Positions 11,851-25,290 of a stretch of 64,000 nt of DNA are shown here, in pieces; position 1 is the stretch's first letter; each line of letters opens with the position of its first letter. Where the stretch lies: contig OZ024754.1 in the NCBI GenBank assembly GCA_964016885.1, positions 9,486,001-9,550,000 of the forward strand. The letters run 5' to 3'. The notes under the pieces are model-generated. The model did not search any database. It saw nothing but the letters and a program-made list of their open reading frames with translations, and was not told the DNA's origin. A program made the translations under genes and the position numbers. Source of the stretch: Eledone cirrhosa. Taxonomy: Eukaryota.

Positions 11851-12349
11851 ATGAATCCTAAGTAGTTGGTCATATGTATAATCTAGAGATGAGAGCCACC
11901 ATATTCAGTATAATATGAAGTGTGGTTTCTTTGTACAAAGGACAGCATGGAAATCCAGTAATGTTGCTTTTCTTTCTCCTTCCAATCTGTTTATCTTTCC
12001 CTATAGGTTATATTTGTAACCAAAGTAGAGGCTGAAGAAAGAAATTATTTGGCCAGAATGTGACAACTGCTGTTCTTTTCTTTTATTTTATATAATATTT
12101 AATGAAAAATGGCATTGTTGGATATATGTTTCCAACAGTCCGATCACTGATTCACTGCTTTTCAGATGTCAAAAGTGATAAGGGAATGTTTGTGCAGCTC
12201 AGTGGAAAAATAGATACTAAAGGATATTTTTATTCCAAAGCACTGTTGATGTTTTTTTGTTAATTATTTTTTATTTATTTATTGTTTTCACAGTAATGTA
12301 TATATATATATATTTTCCCCTTAGATACAGTAGCTAAATACACACATGC

Positions 12350-12575
12350 ACATCATCATCATCATCACCATTGTTTAACATCAGCTTTCCCTGCTAGCAA
12401 GATTTTGACACACACACACACCTCCCTTTGTGTACAGTTTTCATGTACAAATTTTCGCTTCCAAAACGTTGGTCAAAGTGACAATAGAAGACACTTGCCC
12501 CAAGGTACCACATAGTGGGATTAAACTTAGAATGACATGCTTGCAAAGCAAACTTTTCTACTACACATCCATGTT
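12350..12575 (-). mobile_element. Older CORE-type SINE copy
   Basis: The minus strand has CCTTGGGGCAAGTGTCTTCT (CORE-like) and an RTE-type (GAT)n tail. Confidence 0.6.
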
Positions 12576-12720
12576 TGTATATTTACTAATGGTAGAGTAT
12601 TTGGTGTGAATGAATTTTGAATAAACTAGAAGAAGATTGTCATTAAAGGCTTCTCTCTCTATTCAAAATATAGTGGTAATTTCTCAGAATATGATATAGT
12701 TTTTTCTGTTTTATTTCCAG

Positions 12721-12773
<53 letters not shown>

Positions 12774-13305
12774 AACAGAAATCCTCCTTAGCTTACTGAT
12801 TCTGATAACTATCTTTATTTACCCCAAGGATTAGTTATTGTTAAGATATATCTCTTCACCATTGACACAATCAATACAAGCAAGGCTCGTGTTCTTTCCC
12901 TTCTAAAATTATGAAGCATAAAGCATAAATCAGCTTACGGTTGTCCCCTGCTTTTCAAGAGAATATAAATTAAGAAAAGGATCGTTTCAAATACAGATTC
13001 TATATTCAAATAATTTAAGCAAATTATTTCTTTGATACAAAAGATTTTCCACCTCCTACTTAACAGCAGCTGTGTTATACTCATATCTTAATCTGCTATT
13101 CATATACATTAGAACATTCTTCTGGAGCTAACCACCTGCATGTAACATATGGCTAGCTGATCGTTAAGACTTGTGTTCAAATTTGAAAGAAGATTAATGT
13201 TGAAGACTCAGTCTGTAACAGTGAAATGCCACCATGATCCAGCTAGGATATACTAGCCCAAAACAGAACACATGAAAACAAATGTTGCAGTACAGAACAT
13301 ATACC

Positions 13306-13611
13306 CAGAGGTGTAACTAGGATATGGCAAGCATGGAATGTGCCATGGGCATCACATGAAGGGGGCGCCATTTGGACTAGGAGCATGTTCTATTAAAGTC
13401 AAATAAGCCTTGTCAGAGAGCAAAGAAAGAAACTCCTTCAGATGTATGATCTGTCTCTGATTATCATGGGTGAGAACTCTGTGGTGGCTGGATCATTAAA
13501 CCATTTATATAAATTATCAGACCTCCATAAGTAAAAATACAGTGCTGGGTAGGGGCACAATTTTACTGCTTGTGCTTGCCATTGGTGCTATTTTCTCTAG
13601 TTATACCTCCC
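13306..13611. mobile_element. MITE with 13-bp TIRs, hAT-like termini
   Basis: GAGGTGTAACTAG (13308) pairs with CTAGTTATACCTC (13597) at 12/13 positions. Confidence 0.55.
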
Positions 13612-15194
13612 TTGCCCTAGGCACAAAGCCCAATCCTCCTACCCCCTCTCTTCTGCGACACCAGAGCTCTTGCCATCCCCTCCCTTTCCTGTTTTTTTTC
13701 TTCTTTCTTTCTCTCTTTTTTTTCTATATTTCCCTATTCTTTCTTTCCTTTTGTTTCCCCCTTTATTTTTTCTTACTTAATAAGGTTTATTTTTTTTATA
13801 TATGTTTTTTTAAAAAACATAAATAATAGAGCCCACGTGTTGTCACTCTCCGACTAAAAACTTTTCCCCTCGGAAAAACCCGCAGTTGATGGATGCGAAA
13901 TCTGAAATATAGGGACAATTAAATCACTTCCAAGGTAACTCCATCTCGTGCTATTATTCTTACACTCTGTTCTACGTTCCTTTACACCCTATACATCTCA
14001 TTCTACATTTCCTCTTACATCTCTCTCATTACCACCTGATTCTGTTACCTGGAGATTTACTCATCTGCATTGTTGAGGCTTCCAAAATGACCAATTTTAT
14101 TATTCCACAATGCTTCAAGCAAACTTCAACACTCTCTTATTATTATTATCTACTTGTTATTCCATTTTACTTTTCCCATATATTTCTTATGTAATGGTTA
14201 TTCTGTTATAAGAACTATGATATAACATTAAGTTTACTTAATTTTGATATTAACTTAAAATAGTAATGACATGACATTCCAAGTCTAAATTCTAAATGTG
14301 GAATATTTTTTTTAATGATAAACTGGTAGTAGAACAGCTGCTGCTATTTTTGAAGACTATTCAAAGAAAAAAAGAAAATATCTTTTATCTTGAAGCAGTC
14401 AGTAACCTCATCAAGGTATTTTCAAAAAGGCTACATGAAAGCAGGAAGGACAATTCTGAAAGTCCTACTGAAAATGTCATGTAGTCATAAATGTCATGAA
14501 AATGAACGCTTTGAGAGATATTCAGATTTAAAGTTTAGTCTTCTAGGATCATTGGGTACTTAAATCCTCAACAACCAGCATATTGACATTACATTATCAC
14601 AAATAAAACTATGATCTCTAAAATAACTACATCTTTTGATAGCTAAAAATATTGAACTTGTCAGTGATAGGAATGACATTTTAAAATATGCCACATATAT
14701 TTTCAATACTCCCCTTACAAACACATACAAACATCTACAGATGTAATATGAATTATTTACCTGACTAAACATTAATTCTATATAAGAATATACATATAAG
14801 AGTTAATACATGGTTTTATATAGAATATATATTACAACCTAAAGAGAACATATGATTTTGACAACAGGAGGATCACAAATTTTATCGAGTTAGTCAATTC
14901 TTTCTTTTTTCCAGGAACTGCAGTCGCTTGAATCCTTCCCATTTATCCGTGTTTTTCTTATCAGTAACAACTTACAGTTGTCTAAAAGACAACATTTAAA
15001 GTATATTTAGTTTATTAGTTTCAATTTGTTACAATTAACAGAGCTTTAACTTAATGTACATATAGATATATATATATGTCTGCAAAGTATAATTCCATTT
15101 ACAGGAAATAGCTTTTAGACTCATTGCCTCTTATACACACATATATACACCAAGTCCGAACACAAAAGGATCAAACTTCCACTGTCACTGCCTC

Positions 15195-15293
15195 CGTCTC
15201 TCTCTCTCTCTCTCTCTGGGTAGGCTGTACTCTCTCTCTCTCTCTCTCTCTCTAAGTAGGCTGTACTCTCTCTCTCTCTCTCTCTCGGTAGGC

Positions 15294-15335
<42 letters not shown>

Positions 15336-15790
15336 GTAGGCTGTATTGTGAAAGTCTCATGAGATGATGATTTGCAGTAACTGTTATGGCCCTTGTTCTG
15401 AGTTTAAATCTCACCTTTTGTCTTCAGAAAAAATACATCCTTTGGAGCCCAGTGAAACTGGAACAGGTTTGGGAAGCCCTTAAGCAAGTGGTCCAATATT
15501 TCAACCTACCAATCTGAATGGCAGAACACTAACTGGCCAGAAAAGGACATTCAAGTCTTGTGTAATCTCTCCTTTACACAAACAATTAATCTATCTCTAT
15601 ATCCATCCATCTATCTATCTTTATCCATCATCCATCCATCTATATCCCTATATCGATGTATATCGATCTATCTATTTACCTACCTACCTACCTACCTATC
15701 TACTTACCTATCTATCTATTTCTATCTATTTATTTACCTCTCTATCTATCTATCTATATATATTCACCTATCTATCTACCTATCTATCTA
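15195..15790. repeat. (CT)n with repeated GTAGGCTGTA interruptions (15195-15345) and (TCTA)n-like tract (15590-15790)
   Basis: Directly visible. Confidence 0.9.
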
Positions 15791-15876
15791 TATTTTCCCC
15801 CTCTAACATGATCTATTTGTTAATTTTCATTATTTTGTAATATATTATTATCAATGTTGATTAGGAACAATGAATA

Positions 15877-16484
15877 AAATAAACATACATATAAATATAA
15901 CTAAAAAACTTCAGATATAAAATAAAGATACATATAAATATAACTAAAAAACTTCAGATATAAAATAAACATACATATAAATATAACTAAAAAACTTCAG
16001 ATATAAAATGAACATACATATAAATATAACTAAAAAACTTCAGATATAAAATAAACATACATATAAATATAACTAAAAAACTTCAGATATAAAATAAACA
16101 TACATATAAATATAACTAAAAAACTTCAGATATAAAATAAACATACATATAAATATAACTAAAAAACTTCAGATATAAAATAAACATACATATAAATATA
16201 ACTAAAAAACTTCAGATATAAAATAAACATACATATAAATATAACTAAAAAACTTCAGATATAAAATGAACATACATATAAATATAACTAAAAAACTTCA
16301 GATATAAAATAAACATACATATAAATATAACTAAAAAACTTCACGTATAAAATAAACATACATATAAATATAACTAAAAAACTTCAGATATAAAATAAAC
16401 ATACATATAAATATAACTAAAAACCTTCAGGTATAAAATAAACATACATATAAATAAATATAACTAAAAACCTTCAGGTATAAA
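15877..16484 (+). repeat. 43-bp AT-rich minisatellite, ~14 copies
   Basis: Unit AAATAAACATACATATAAATATAACTAAAAAACTTCAGATATA. I found no transposon parent in this window. Confidence 0.95.
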
Positions 16485-17129
16485 AAGCTCACTCAGAAAT
16501 GCCTTTAGATTTTGCTGAACAAAAAACATATTACAAATATAAATTAAAAGAATAAACTAGTTTAGGCAAGAACAAAAATACAAATATAATTTAGTGGGCA
16601 AAACTATAGAACAATGTAGTAACATATTCAATACAATACATATAACAGACAGAATGCTCAATAAAAAGTAATATATAACAGAGAAAAACAAAATACTGCA
16701 TGGACGAAATGCATCCTGTCTATACAAGAGATGAACAAGTTATCAAAATACTCAACATACAGAAGACATTATCCATTATATTCAATCATAAACTAGCATT
16801 AATGATATATTAGAAAAACAGAAATTCTTATGTATTTATGAAAGCTGCAACATCATGTTTCATTGTCTATACAAGTATGACCAAGCACTTACAACAGCGA
16901 GGGCTATGCGCACCATAAATTACACAACACAAAATGGGTAAAAACATTGTATTAAAAAATAGTTAGAAAACATTCCATGGTAACATAACAGAAATGATCA
17001 GCTATAGAATTTCTTCAAACGTAGAATATTGATCATGGAGGCAACATTAATGGCAAAATATGTTCTTGTTTTCATAGAATACATGTTCTCCATGTACACA
17101 CACATAAACATTATATTATGTTATATCAT

Positions 17130-17230
17130 TTATATATATATATATGATGATGATGATGATGATGATATATATATATACATACACACACAGATATATACAC
17201 ACAGATACACACACAGATATATATATACAT

Positions 17231-17263
<33 letters not shown>

Positions 17264-17450
17264 TACACACACAGATATATATATATATACATACACACAC
17301 ACACAGATATATATATATACATATACACACAGATACACACACACAGATATATACACACACACACACACACAGATACACACACACACACAGATATATATAT
17401 ATATACACACACACATACACACAGATATATACACACACATACAGAGATAT

Positions 17451-17483
<33 letters not shown>

Positions 17484-17538
17484 CATATATACATACACAC
17501 ACATACATATGTATACATATGCATACACACATACATAA

Positions 17539-17593
<55 letters not shown>

Positions 17594-17600
17594 TAAATAT
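17130..17600. repeat. CA/TA compound microsatellite
   Basis: Directly visible. Confidence 0.95.
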
Positions 17601-17628
17601 ATACCTACATATATATAGATGTGTATAT

Positions 17629-17828
17629 ATAGGAAAAGAGCCAGGACCCCGATGGCTGAGTTCTGGCCATTTTGACAGCAAGATCCGAATGTTTGGATCT
17701 AGCTGTTGAAACAACCGAAGCTCAGCTGTCGGGGTCCTGACACTTTTCCTATTACCCACTCTACTATCCTAAGTATTGAGTACTCTGGAGCGTTATGGTC
17801 CACCTGGTATCTTACCACACCCTCTTTA
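17629..17828. repeat. Dispersed fold-back element (second copy at 49025-49187, opposite strand)
   Basis: Inverted arms ATAGGAAAAGAGCCAGGACCCCG.../...CGGGGTCCTGACACTTTTCCTAT, plus a shared flank (GAGTACTCTGG...CCACCTGGTATCTTACCACACCCTC). Flanked by (TA)n. Confidence 0.75.
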
Positions 17829-17841
17829 TATATATATATAA

Positions 17842-18120
17842 AGGCTGCAACTTGATTTCGAGTAATGCCATCGCTTGATACTTAAGCATGAGTGTATCAC
17901 AGACGTGGCTTTTTACTCCTGCTAGGGACTTGCCTGTGGCCAGCAATGCTATGCATCACAAAAAAATGTCACATATCAAGCGATGCCTGGGCTTGAAGCT
18001 TTTTTAAGTGAGGAAAGGCTTTGCATGGGCCAATCCCACTCTCTGAACATCAAATGCATTTGCCCCAAAAGAAGAACTGGTCTACATCATTGGATGCCAA
18101 TGAAGCTGCAGGTTTTATAT
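17842..18120 (-). mobile_element. Family Z LINE 3' fragment (related copy 32208-32510)
   Basis: The minus strand reads GKSLAGVKSH and ends GATGGCATTACTCGAAATCAAGTTGCAGCC before (TA)n. It shares TGGGCCAATCCCACTCTCTGA...CCCCAAAAGAAGAA with 32335-32385. Confidence 0.55.
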
Positions 18121-18135
18121 CAAAGTGACCTTCTC

Positions 18136-18463
18136 CAGATCTGCATATTAGCAGATCCACTGATCAGCCAGATTTGCATATCAGCAGATAGGCCAGTCAG
18201 TTTCATGTACACGAGCAATTAATGGCCAGCTTTGCTATATTCAAATAACTAACAAATAGTTTTATCACTCCACATGGCTGAATACAATAAATGTAATCCG
18301 AGTTTTTTGAATATTAATAATAATATTCGATTTGTTAAAACTATTTGGAAGTTATTTGAATATGGCAAAGCTGTCCATTAATTGCTCGTATACATGAAAC
18401 TGACTGGCCTATCTGCTGATATGCAAATCTGGCTGATCAGTGGGTCTGCTAATGTGCAGATCT
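18136..18463. repeat. Long imperfect inverted repeat (~130-bp arms)
   Basis: 18136-18268 is the reverse complement of 18333-18463. The spacer is in turn the reverse complement of 18702-18733 plus 18788-18840. Confidence 0.85.
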
Positions 18464-18895
18464 GACTGATAAGGCAGTCTGTTAATATGCAAATCAGGCC
18501 GATCAGTCACTGTATATTTCAGAAAATATCATATTTTCACTAGCTCTGACAGTTGGCAGGTAAGCAGTATACAGTACTGATGAAAGGTAATCACCCAGAA
18601 ACATTAGTGTCTGCTGTTCTGTTTACATGCCAACACAAAAGCAAGAATGACGGGGATCATTCTACTGACATGGCTTTAACGAGACTGTTTGCATAATTGT
18701 AAACGAATCAAATATTATTATTAATATTAAAAAAGTACCAGTAATGTACTGGGTAATTGCTGGCCTTGTGCCAAAAATAGAAACAATTATTACATTTATT
18801 GTATCCAGCCATGTAGAGCGATAAAATATTTGTTAATTATATATATATATAAATATGTTCTTATAATAAATATTTGCTCTACAGCTTTTTATATA

Positions 18896-19733
18896 TACTA
18901 GCAGAAAAACCACCCTTCGGGTGGTTTTCTGCTGGCATGTGTAGTGTGTATATTGATATTATACGCAAGTGTATATACATGTAGATATGATACATCAAAT
19001 AAAATCGTAATTGACAATATACACAGAAATTGAACGAAGACTGTGTTACACTGTCTTATGTAATCAGTAAAGTAATCCATGGTACATTAAAAAAAAACGA
19101 TATTATATATAAACTGCATTAGGAGAAAATTAGTGACGGAAAATTAGTATGTTTATTTAAGCGATCGCCACCGGAAGTGTTGACATTTCAGAAATTTTAA
19201 AGAAGTGAATCTTTAAATAAACAATAAAATATATTTAATCAACAGCCACGAAATTTAGTAGATAAATTATGTAATATTCATTCATTATGGGTCGGACGCC
19301 ATGCTTTCCAGCATAGTTACGTTCCTTTATGATCTGAGTTCAAATCCCGCCGAGGTTAACTTTGCCTTTCATCCTTACGGGGTCGATAAAATAAAGTACC
19401 AGTAATGCACTGGGATAATTGCTGGCCTTGTGTCTAAAGTAGAAACAATTATTTATTCTTGGCAGTATCGGGAGAGGGTCGGACGCCATGCTTTGACGCA
19501 TAGAGTTACGGCCCTTGCCATTCTGAGTTCAAATCCCGCTGAGGTTAACTTTGCCTTTCATCCTTACGGGGTCGATAAAATAAAGTACCAGTAATACACT
19601 GGACAATTGCTGGCCTTGTGCCAAAAGTAGAAACAATTATTTATTCAAAGTAATCCATCTTATTTTACTAATGGAATAAAAAATTCTAAACCGTACACAG
19701 TCCCGCGCTCCTTACTTTATTATAGTTTAGATA
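18896..19733 (+). mobile_element. Possible Helitron/Helentron-like non-autonomous element interrupted by two SINE-A copies (19289-19455, 19460-19640)
   Basis: It begins TACTAG plus a GC hairpin (CAGAAAAACCACCC-TTC-GGGTGGTTTTCTG) and ends TTTATTATAGTTTAGAT. The SINE copies are clear, but the Helitron call is tentative. Confidence 0.4.
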
Positions 19734-20014
19734 TAATCCTTATTGAGGCCTCTTCAGATTTTATTTCTCACATCTATTATTATTATTATTATTATAATAT
19801 ATATAGATATTTATATATAATATATATATATATATATATATGAATATATGTACGAGTAAAATTTGTTGGTGTAGATAAGTGTACAAACAAAAATAAAACA
19901 AGATTGCTTACTAAAGTATTTTTCTCAACATGGCCCTTGTAGGTTACAGTAATAGTCCAATAAGAGGGATCAGATTATAGTAGCCAGGTGGAAGATCAGG
20001 GAGTAATAATATTT

Positions 20015-20410
20015 TTAAATGTATTGGAAAAACAACTACGAGGCATGAAGTATAGAAAAATGTAAAATTTAATCAAAGGTTCGTTCTTTAAAATATGTTT
20101 CAATACAATATAAGTCTTCATATGTTAAAGAAAGAACTTTTGATTAAATTCTTCATTTTTCTATACTTCACGCTAGTATATGTTTTTCCTATACATTAAA
20201 ATATATATATATATGCATTAAAACATATATATATATATATGTAGGAGGTGAGTTTTATTGTAGCACAATAAAGCAATGGAGATATCGGATAAGAAGCACT
20301 CTACAGTTTGTAGGACTGGAGTATAAATAATATATAAGATCAAAAGATGGTTAAAAGAGTTCCATGTATTTTATAAAATACATGGAACTCTTTTAACCAT
20401 CTTTTGATCT

Positions 20411-20460
<50 letters not shown>

Positions 20461-20694
20461 TAAAACATATATATATATATGCATTAAAACTTATATATAT
20501 ATATATGTTTATCCCGGGTTCAATTGGGGGTAACCACAGTAAGTAAGGTACTCAAGACATAGCAGAGTATAAATATATAATATAGAAATGGCTTCTACAG
20601 GACTAGAACTGTTTCATTCGGGAGAAATCATAAGGAAGTCCCTGATGATTTCTCCCAAATAAACAGTTCTAGTTCTGTAGAAGCCATTTCTATA
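20015..20694. repeat. Cluster of three fold-back palindromes (20015-20200, 20327-20420, 20581-20694) between (TA)n tracts
   Basis: 20327-20420 is a perfect, spacer-less 94-bp palindrome. The other two are imperfect inverted repeats. Confidence 0.85.
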
Positions 20695-20717
20695 ATACAT
20701 ATATATATATACATACA

Positions 20718-22550
20718 TATAGAGGCATTAAATTAATTGACCAGGTCATGATGGACACAGAAAAAGGTATAGCGCAACTAATCAGAGAGCGAATTGATCT
20801 AGACGAAATGCTGTTTGGGTTTGTGTCAGGTAAAAGTACCACAGACGCTCTTTTCCTTGTTCGACAACTACAGGAGAAGTACCTAGCTAAAAGTAAACCC
20901 CTATACTTAGCTTTTGTTGATTTGGAGAAAGCTTTTGACAGAGTCCCCCGCTCCATTATCTGGTGGGCTCTTAGAAAACTAGGTGTAGATGAATGGCTTG
21001 TGAGAGCTATACAAGCCATGTCTAAAGAAACAGTCAGCAAGGTAAGAATTAACAACGAATATAGTGACGAATTTAGCGTAAAAGTTGGTGTCCATCAGGG
21101 CTCTATCCTTAGTCCCTTCCTATTTATTATTGCCCTTCAGGCTATAACAGAGGAGTGCAAGAATGGCTGCCCATGGCAACTTCTATACGCAGATGATCTA
21201 ATGCACATAGTTGAACTAGAGAAGAAATTCCAAACTTGGAAGCATGGCCTAGAATCAAAAGGCCTTAAAGTTAACTTGTCTAAGACTAAAGTTCTAGTAC
21301 GTAGGAAGGAAAATAGGGCACTGGTCTCCTCTGGGAAATGGCCATGCTCAGTGTGTAGGAAAGGAGTAGACAGAAACTCCATTTTATGTCCCAAATGCAA
21401 AGTATGGGTGCATAAAAGATGTAGTGGGATGACAGGTAAATCATCATTCATTTCGTTTTACATCCGCTTTTTCCCTGCTTGCAACTAACTAAGAACATAG
21501 ATTTTATATGTGGCCGGTGCTCAGATGTATAAGTAGTAGCAAGTGCCCACAGGATACTAGTTCCTTCCATTGCCCAGATGGTTCTATAGAAATAGTGGAC
21601 ACTTTCCATTACCTGGGTGACAAAATCAGCAGTGGTGGAGGGTGCTTTGAAAGTACAGTAGATAGAGTCAGAACGGGATGGAAAAAGTTCAGAGAGCTTA
21701 TACCACTATTGGCCGCTAAAAGTTTCTCCCTAAAAATGAAAGGCAGACTGTATGATGCCTGCATACGAACAACAAGGTTACATGGCAGTGAGACATGGGC
21801 ATTGTGTGCAGAGGACCTGAGTAGACTGGAGAGGAACGAAGCTTGCATGCTCCGCTGGATGTGTAATAGTAATATACGCAAAGCGTAAATGAACTAAGTG
21901 AGAAATTAGGAATAAGAGGGTTCAGATGCTGTTTACTCAAGAGAAGACTACATTGGTATGGTCATGTGATGCGCATGAAAGACAGCTGTATAAAAAAGTG
22001 CAGGGCGATCAAAATAGATGGAAGCTACAGAGTAGGCAGACCCAGAAAAACCTGGGATGATTTGATAAATTCAGACCTTACACACTTACACCTCTCCAAG
22101 ACAATATCACTGGATCGAGATCTTTGGCACTATGCAGTAATACAGAAGACACGCCTTGCCTAAGTACAAAGCGAAACCTACAGTCAGTAGGCACCTCCTA
22201 ACCAAAAATACACCCCCATCCCGCTACCCCTACCCCCACCTCATCTACACCACCCCTTTCTCTGTAAAGTTATGTTGGTGCCACAACATCCAGTCCGAAA
22301 CAAATGAGGTCGTGTAGGTGTCACGACAAAAAAAAACACACAGTCCACGCTGTAATGTGGCCATGTAGGTAACACGGTAAAAACCTCCCAGTCCACACTG
22401 TAAACATGGTTGGTGTTAGGAAGGGCATCAAGCCGTAGAAAACCCGCCAGACAGTCCTATATGAGCAAGACAACCAATCTTGCCTCACGTGGGACAATTC
22501 CCGTCTAAACCCATGTTAGCGTCGAAGATAGACGTTAAATGATTATGATG
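20718..22550 (+). mobile_element. 5'-truncated, decayed second copy of the PHD-RTE LINE
   Basis: Collinear with 6115-7916 (RT, PHD, C-terminus, 3' UTR, GACGTTAAATGAT tail). It has frameshifts and a ~44-bp antisense insertion at 21441-21484. Confidence 0.93.
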
Positions 22551-22640
22551 GTATATATACATATATATATATACACATATATATATACATATATATATAT
22601 ACATATATATACATATATATATATATACATATATATAAGA

Positions 22641-22966
22641 TCATTTTACGTCCGCTTTTTCCTGCTTGCAAAGGTGGGACGGGAACTGATTCTGGTTTGA
22701 TTTCTACAGCTGGATGCCTTTCCTAACACCAACCTCATTTACAGTGAGTGCTGGGTGCTTTTTTTCCGTGGCACCTCAACGACCACTTTGCAGTGGAATG
22801 ATAGGGACCCCAGTCCCTATCATCTCATTTCTACAGCTTAGTAAATTGGAGCAATGTGAAATAAAGTGTCTTGCTCAAGGAAACAACACATCACCCGGTC
22901 TGAGAATTGAACTCACAACCTTTCGATTGCAAGGCCAATGCTCTAACCACTAAGCCATGTGCCTCC
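22641..22966 (-). mobile_element. Full-length tRNA-derived CORE-type SINE-B with RTE-derived tail
   Basis: Minus strand has A box TGGCTTAGTGG, B box GAGTTCAATTC and CORE-like CCTTGAGCAAGACACTTTATTTC. The tail CCCGTCCCACC(C/T)TTGCAAGCAGG..AAAGCGGACGTAAAATGAT matches 4338-4403. Confidence 0.85.
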
Positions 22967-22980
22967 ATATGTATATATAC

Positions 22981-23029
<49 letters not shown>

Positions 23030-23038
23030 TATACACAC

Positions 23039-23183
<145 letters not shown>

Positions 23184-23460
23184 TATACATGTATATATAT
23201 GTATACATATATATATATATGTATACATATATATGTATGACAACAGCTGGTGATATACATGTAAGTAAATATTTTCCTTATCTGATATTTTGTAACTAAC
23301 CTTACATAGATCGATAACGAAGTATGGTTACGATGGATTATCATCACCTAGAAACGATTGTAAAGCAGTGAAGTATATTTCTAATGACTTGAATTTTTAT
23401 TTCCTTGTTTTAACATATATATATATGTATGTATATATATATATATGTATATATGTATAT

Positions 23461-23625
23461 ATCATCATCATCATCATCATCATCGTTTAACGTCCATCTT
23501 CCATGCATGCATGGGTTTGGACGGGAGTTTTCCCACTTGAGGTAGAGTGGTTGGCTTGCTCGCATAGGACTGTCTGGCGGGTTTTCTACGGCTGGAGGCC
23601 CTTCCTAACACCAACCACGTTTACA
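23461..23625 (-). mobile_element. Short 3'-UTR-only fragment of the PHD-RTE LINE (another at 24905-25065)
   Basis: Reverse complement of 7770-7916 including the (GAT)n tail, embedded in (TA)n. Confidence 0.85.
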
Positions 23626-23671
23626 TATATATATGTATATATATGTATGTATGCATATGTATGTATGTATG

Positions 23672-23708
<37 letters not shown>

Positions 23709-23792
23709 GAGAGGTATAGAGATTGTTTTAGCAAGAAGCTAACAGCATTCTATAACCTATATGCGACTATAACGTCAAGATGGGAAAAGTAG

Positions 23793-23833
<41 letters not shown>

Positions 23834-23836
<3 letters not shown>

Positions 23837-24175
23837 TCATCATCATCATTTTACGTCCGCTTTTCCCTGCTTGCAAGGGTGGGATGGGAACTGATTCTGG
23901 CTTGATTTCTACAGCTGGATGCCCTTCCTAACACCAACCTCATTTACAGCGTGGGCTGGGTGCTTTTTTTCCCGTGGCACCTCCACGACCACTTTGCAGT
24001 GGAATGATATGGACCCCAGTTCCTATCATCTCATTTCTACAGCTGAGTAAACTGGAGCAATGTGAAATAAAGTGTCTTGCTCAAGGAAACAACACATCAC
24101 CCAGTCCGAGAATTGAACTCACAACCTTTCGATTACAAGGCCAATGCTCTAACCTCTAAGCCATGTTGTGCCTCC
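23834..24175 (-). mobile_element. SINE-B copy
   Basis: Highly similar to 22641-22966. Confidence 0.85.
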
Positions 24176-24561
24176 ATAAACATATTTGAAACATATAGCT
24201 ATCAATCCTCACACATCTGTGTCAAATTAGAAACTAATTCCAATATAGTTGCATTAAGCCTGAAGCAATTCCTTTCAAATTCTATCATGTCAATTATTTT
24301 TTGTATTTTCCTGACTCGTTGCATCAAAGTAATAATATGACATGCAGATATTCCACAGAGGTGTGAAATTCAAGGCAATATTTATGTCAAGGTTAGTCTT
24401 ACAGAGACATCTTGGTGCTAACTTTGGCAAGAACGCTACTTTACATGATTTGCCTTCCATATCAGAAGTGTGACATCAATTTGTGATTATAGGAGAATGT
24501 TTAGGTTGTTCATATATATATGATGTGTATATATATATATATATATATGTGCATATATATA

Positions 24562-24606
<45 letters not shown>

Positions 24607-24611
24607 ATGTT

Positions 24612-24642
<31 letters not shown>

Positions 24643-24657
24643 GTGTGTGTGTATATG

Positions 24658-24760
<103 letters not shown>

Positions 24761-24868
24761 GTGTGTGTATATATGTTTATATATATATATATGTATGTAT
24801 GTATGTGTATGCATGTATGTATATAAAGCATATGTGCATATATATATATATATGTGTGTATATATGTT

Positions 24869-24901
<33 letters not shown>

Positions 24902-25069
24902 ATATCATCATCATCAACGTTTAACGTCCGTGTTCCACGCTTGCATGGGTTTGGACGGGGGTAGTCCCACTTGAGGCAAGAGTGATTGTCTTGCTCGCAT
25001 AGGACTGTCTGGCAGGTTTTCTACAGTTGGATGCCCTTCCTAACACCAACCACATTTACAGTCTGAGTA

Positions 25070-25112
<43 letters not shown>

Positions 25113-25242
25113 GTGTATGCATGTATGTATATAAAGAATATGTGCATATATATATATATATGTGTGTGTGTGTGTACAGAAATATATTCATACCTACATA
25201 CATATACATATATACACACATATATACACACACTCATACACG

Positions 25243-25290
<48 letters not shown>

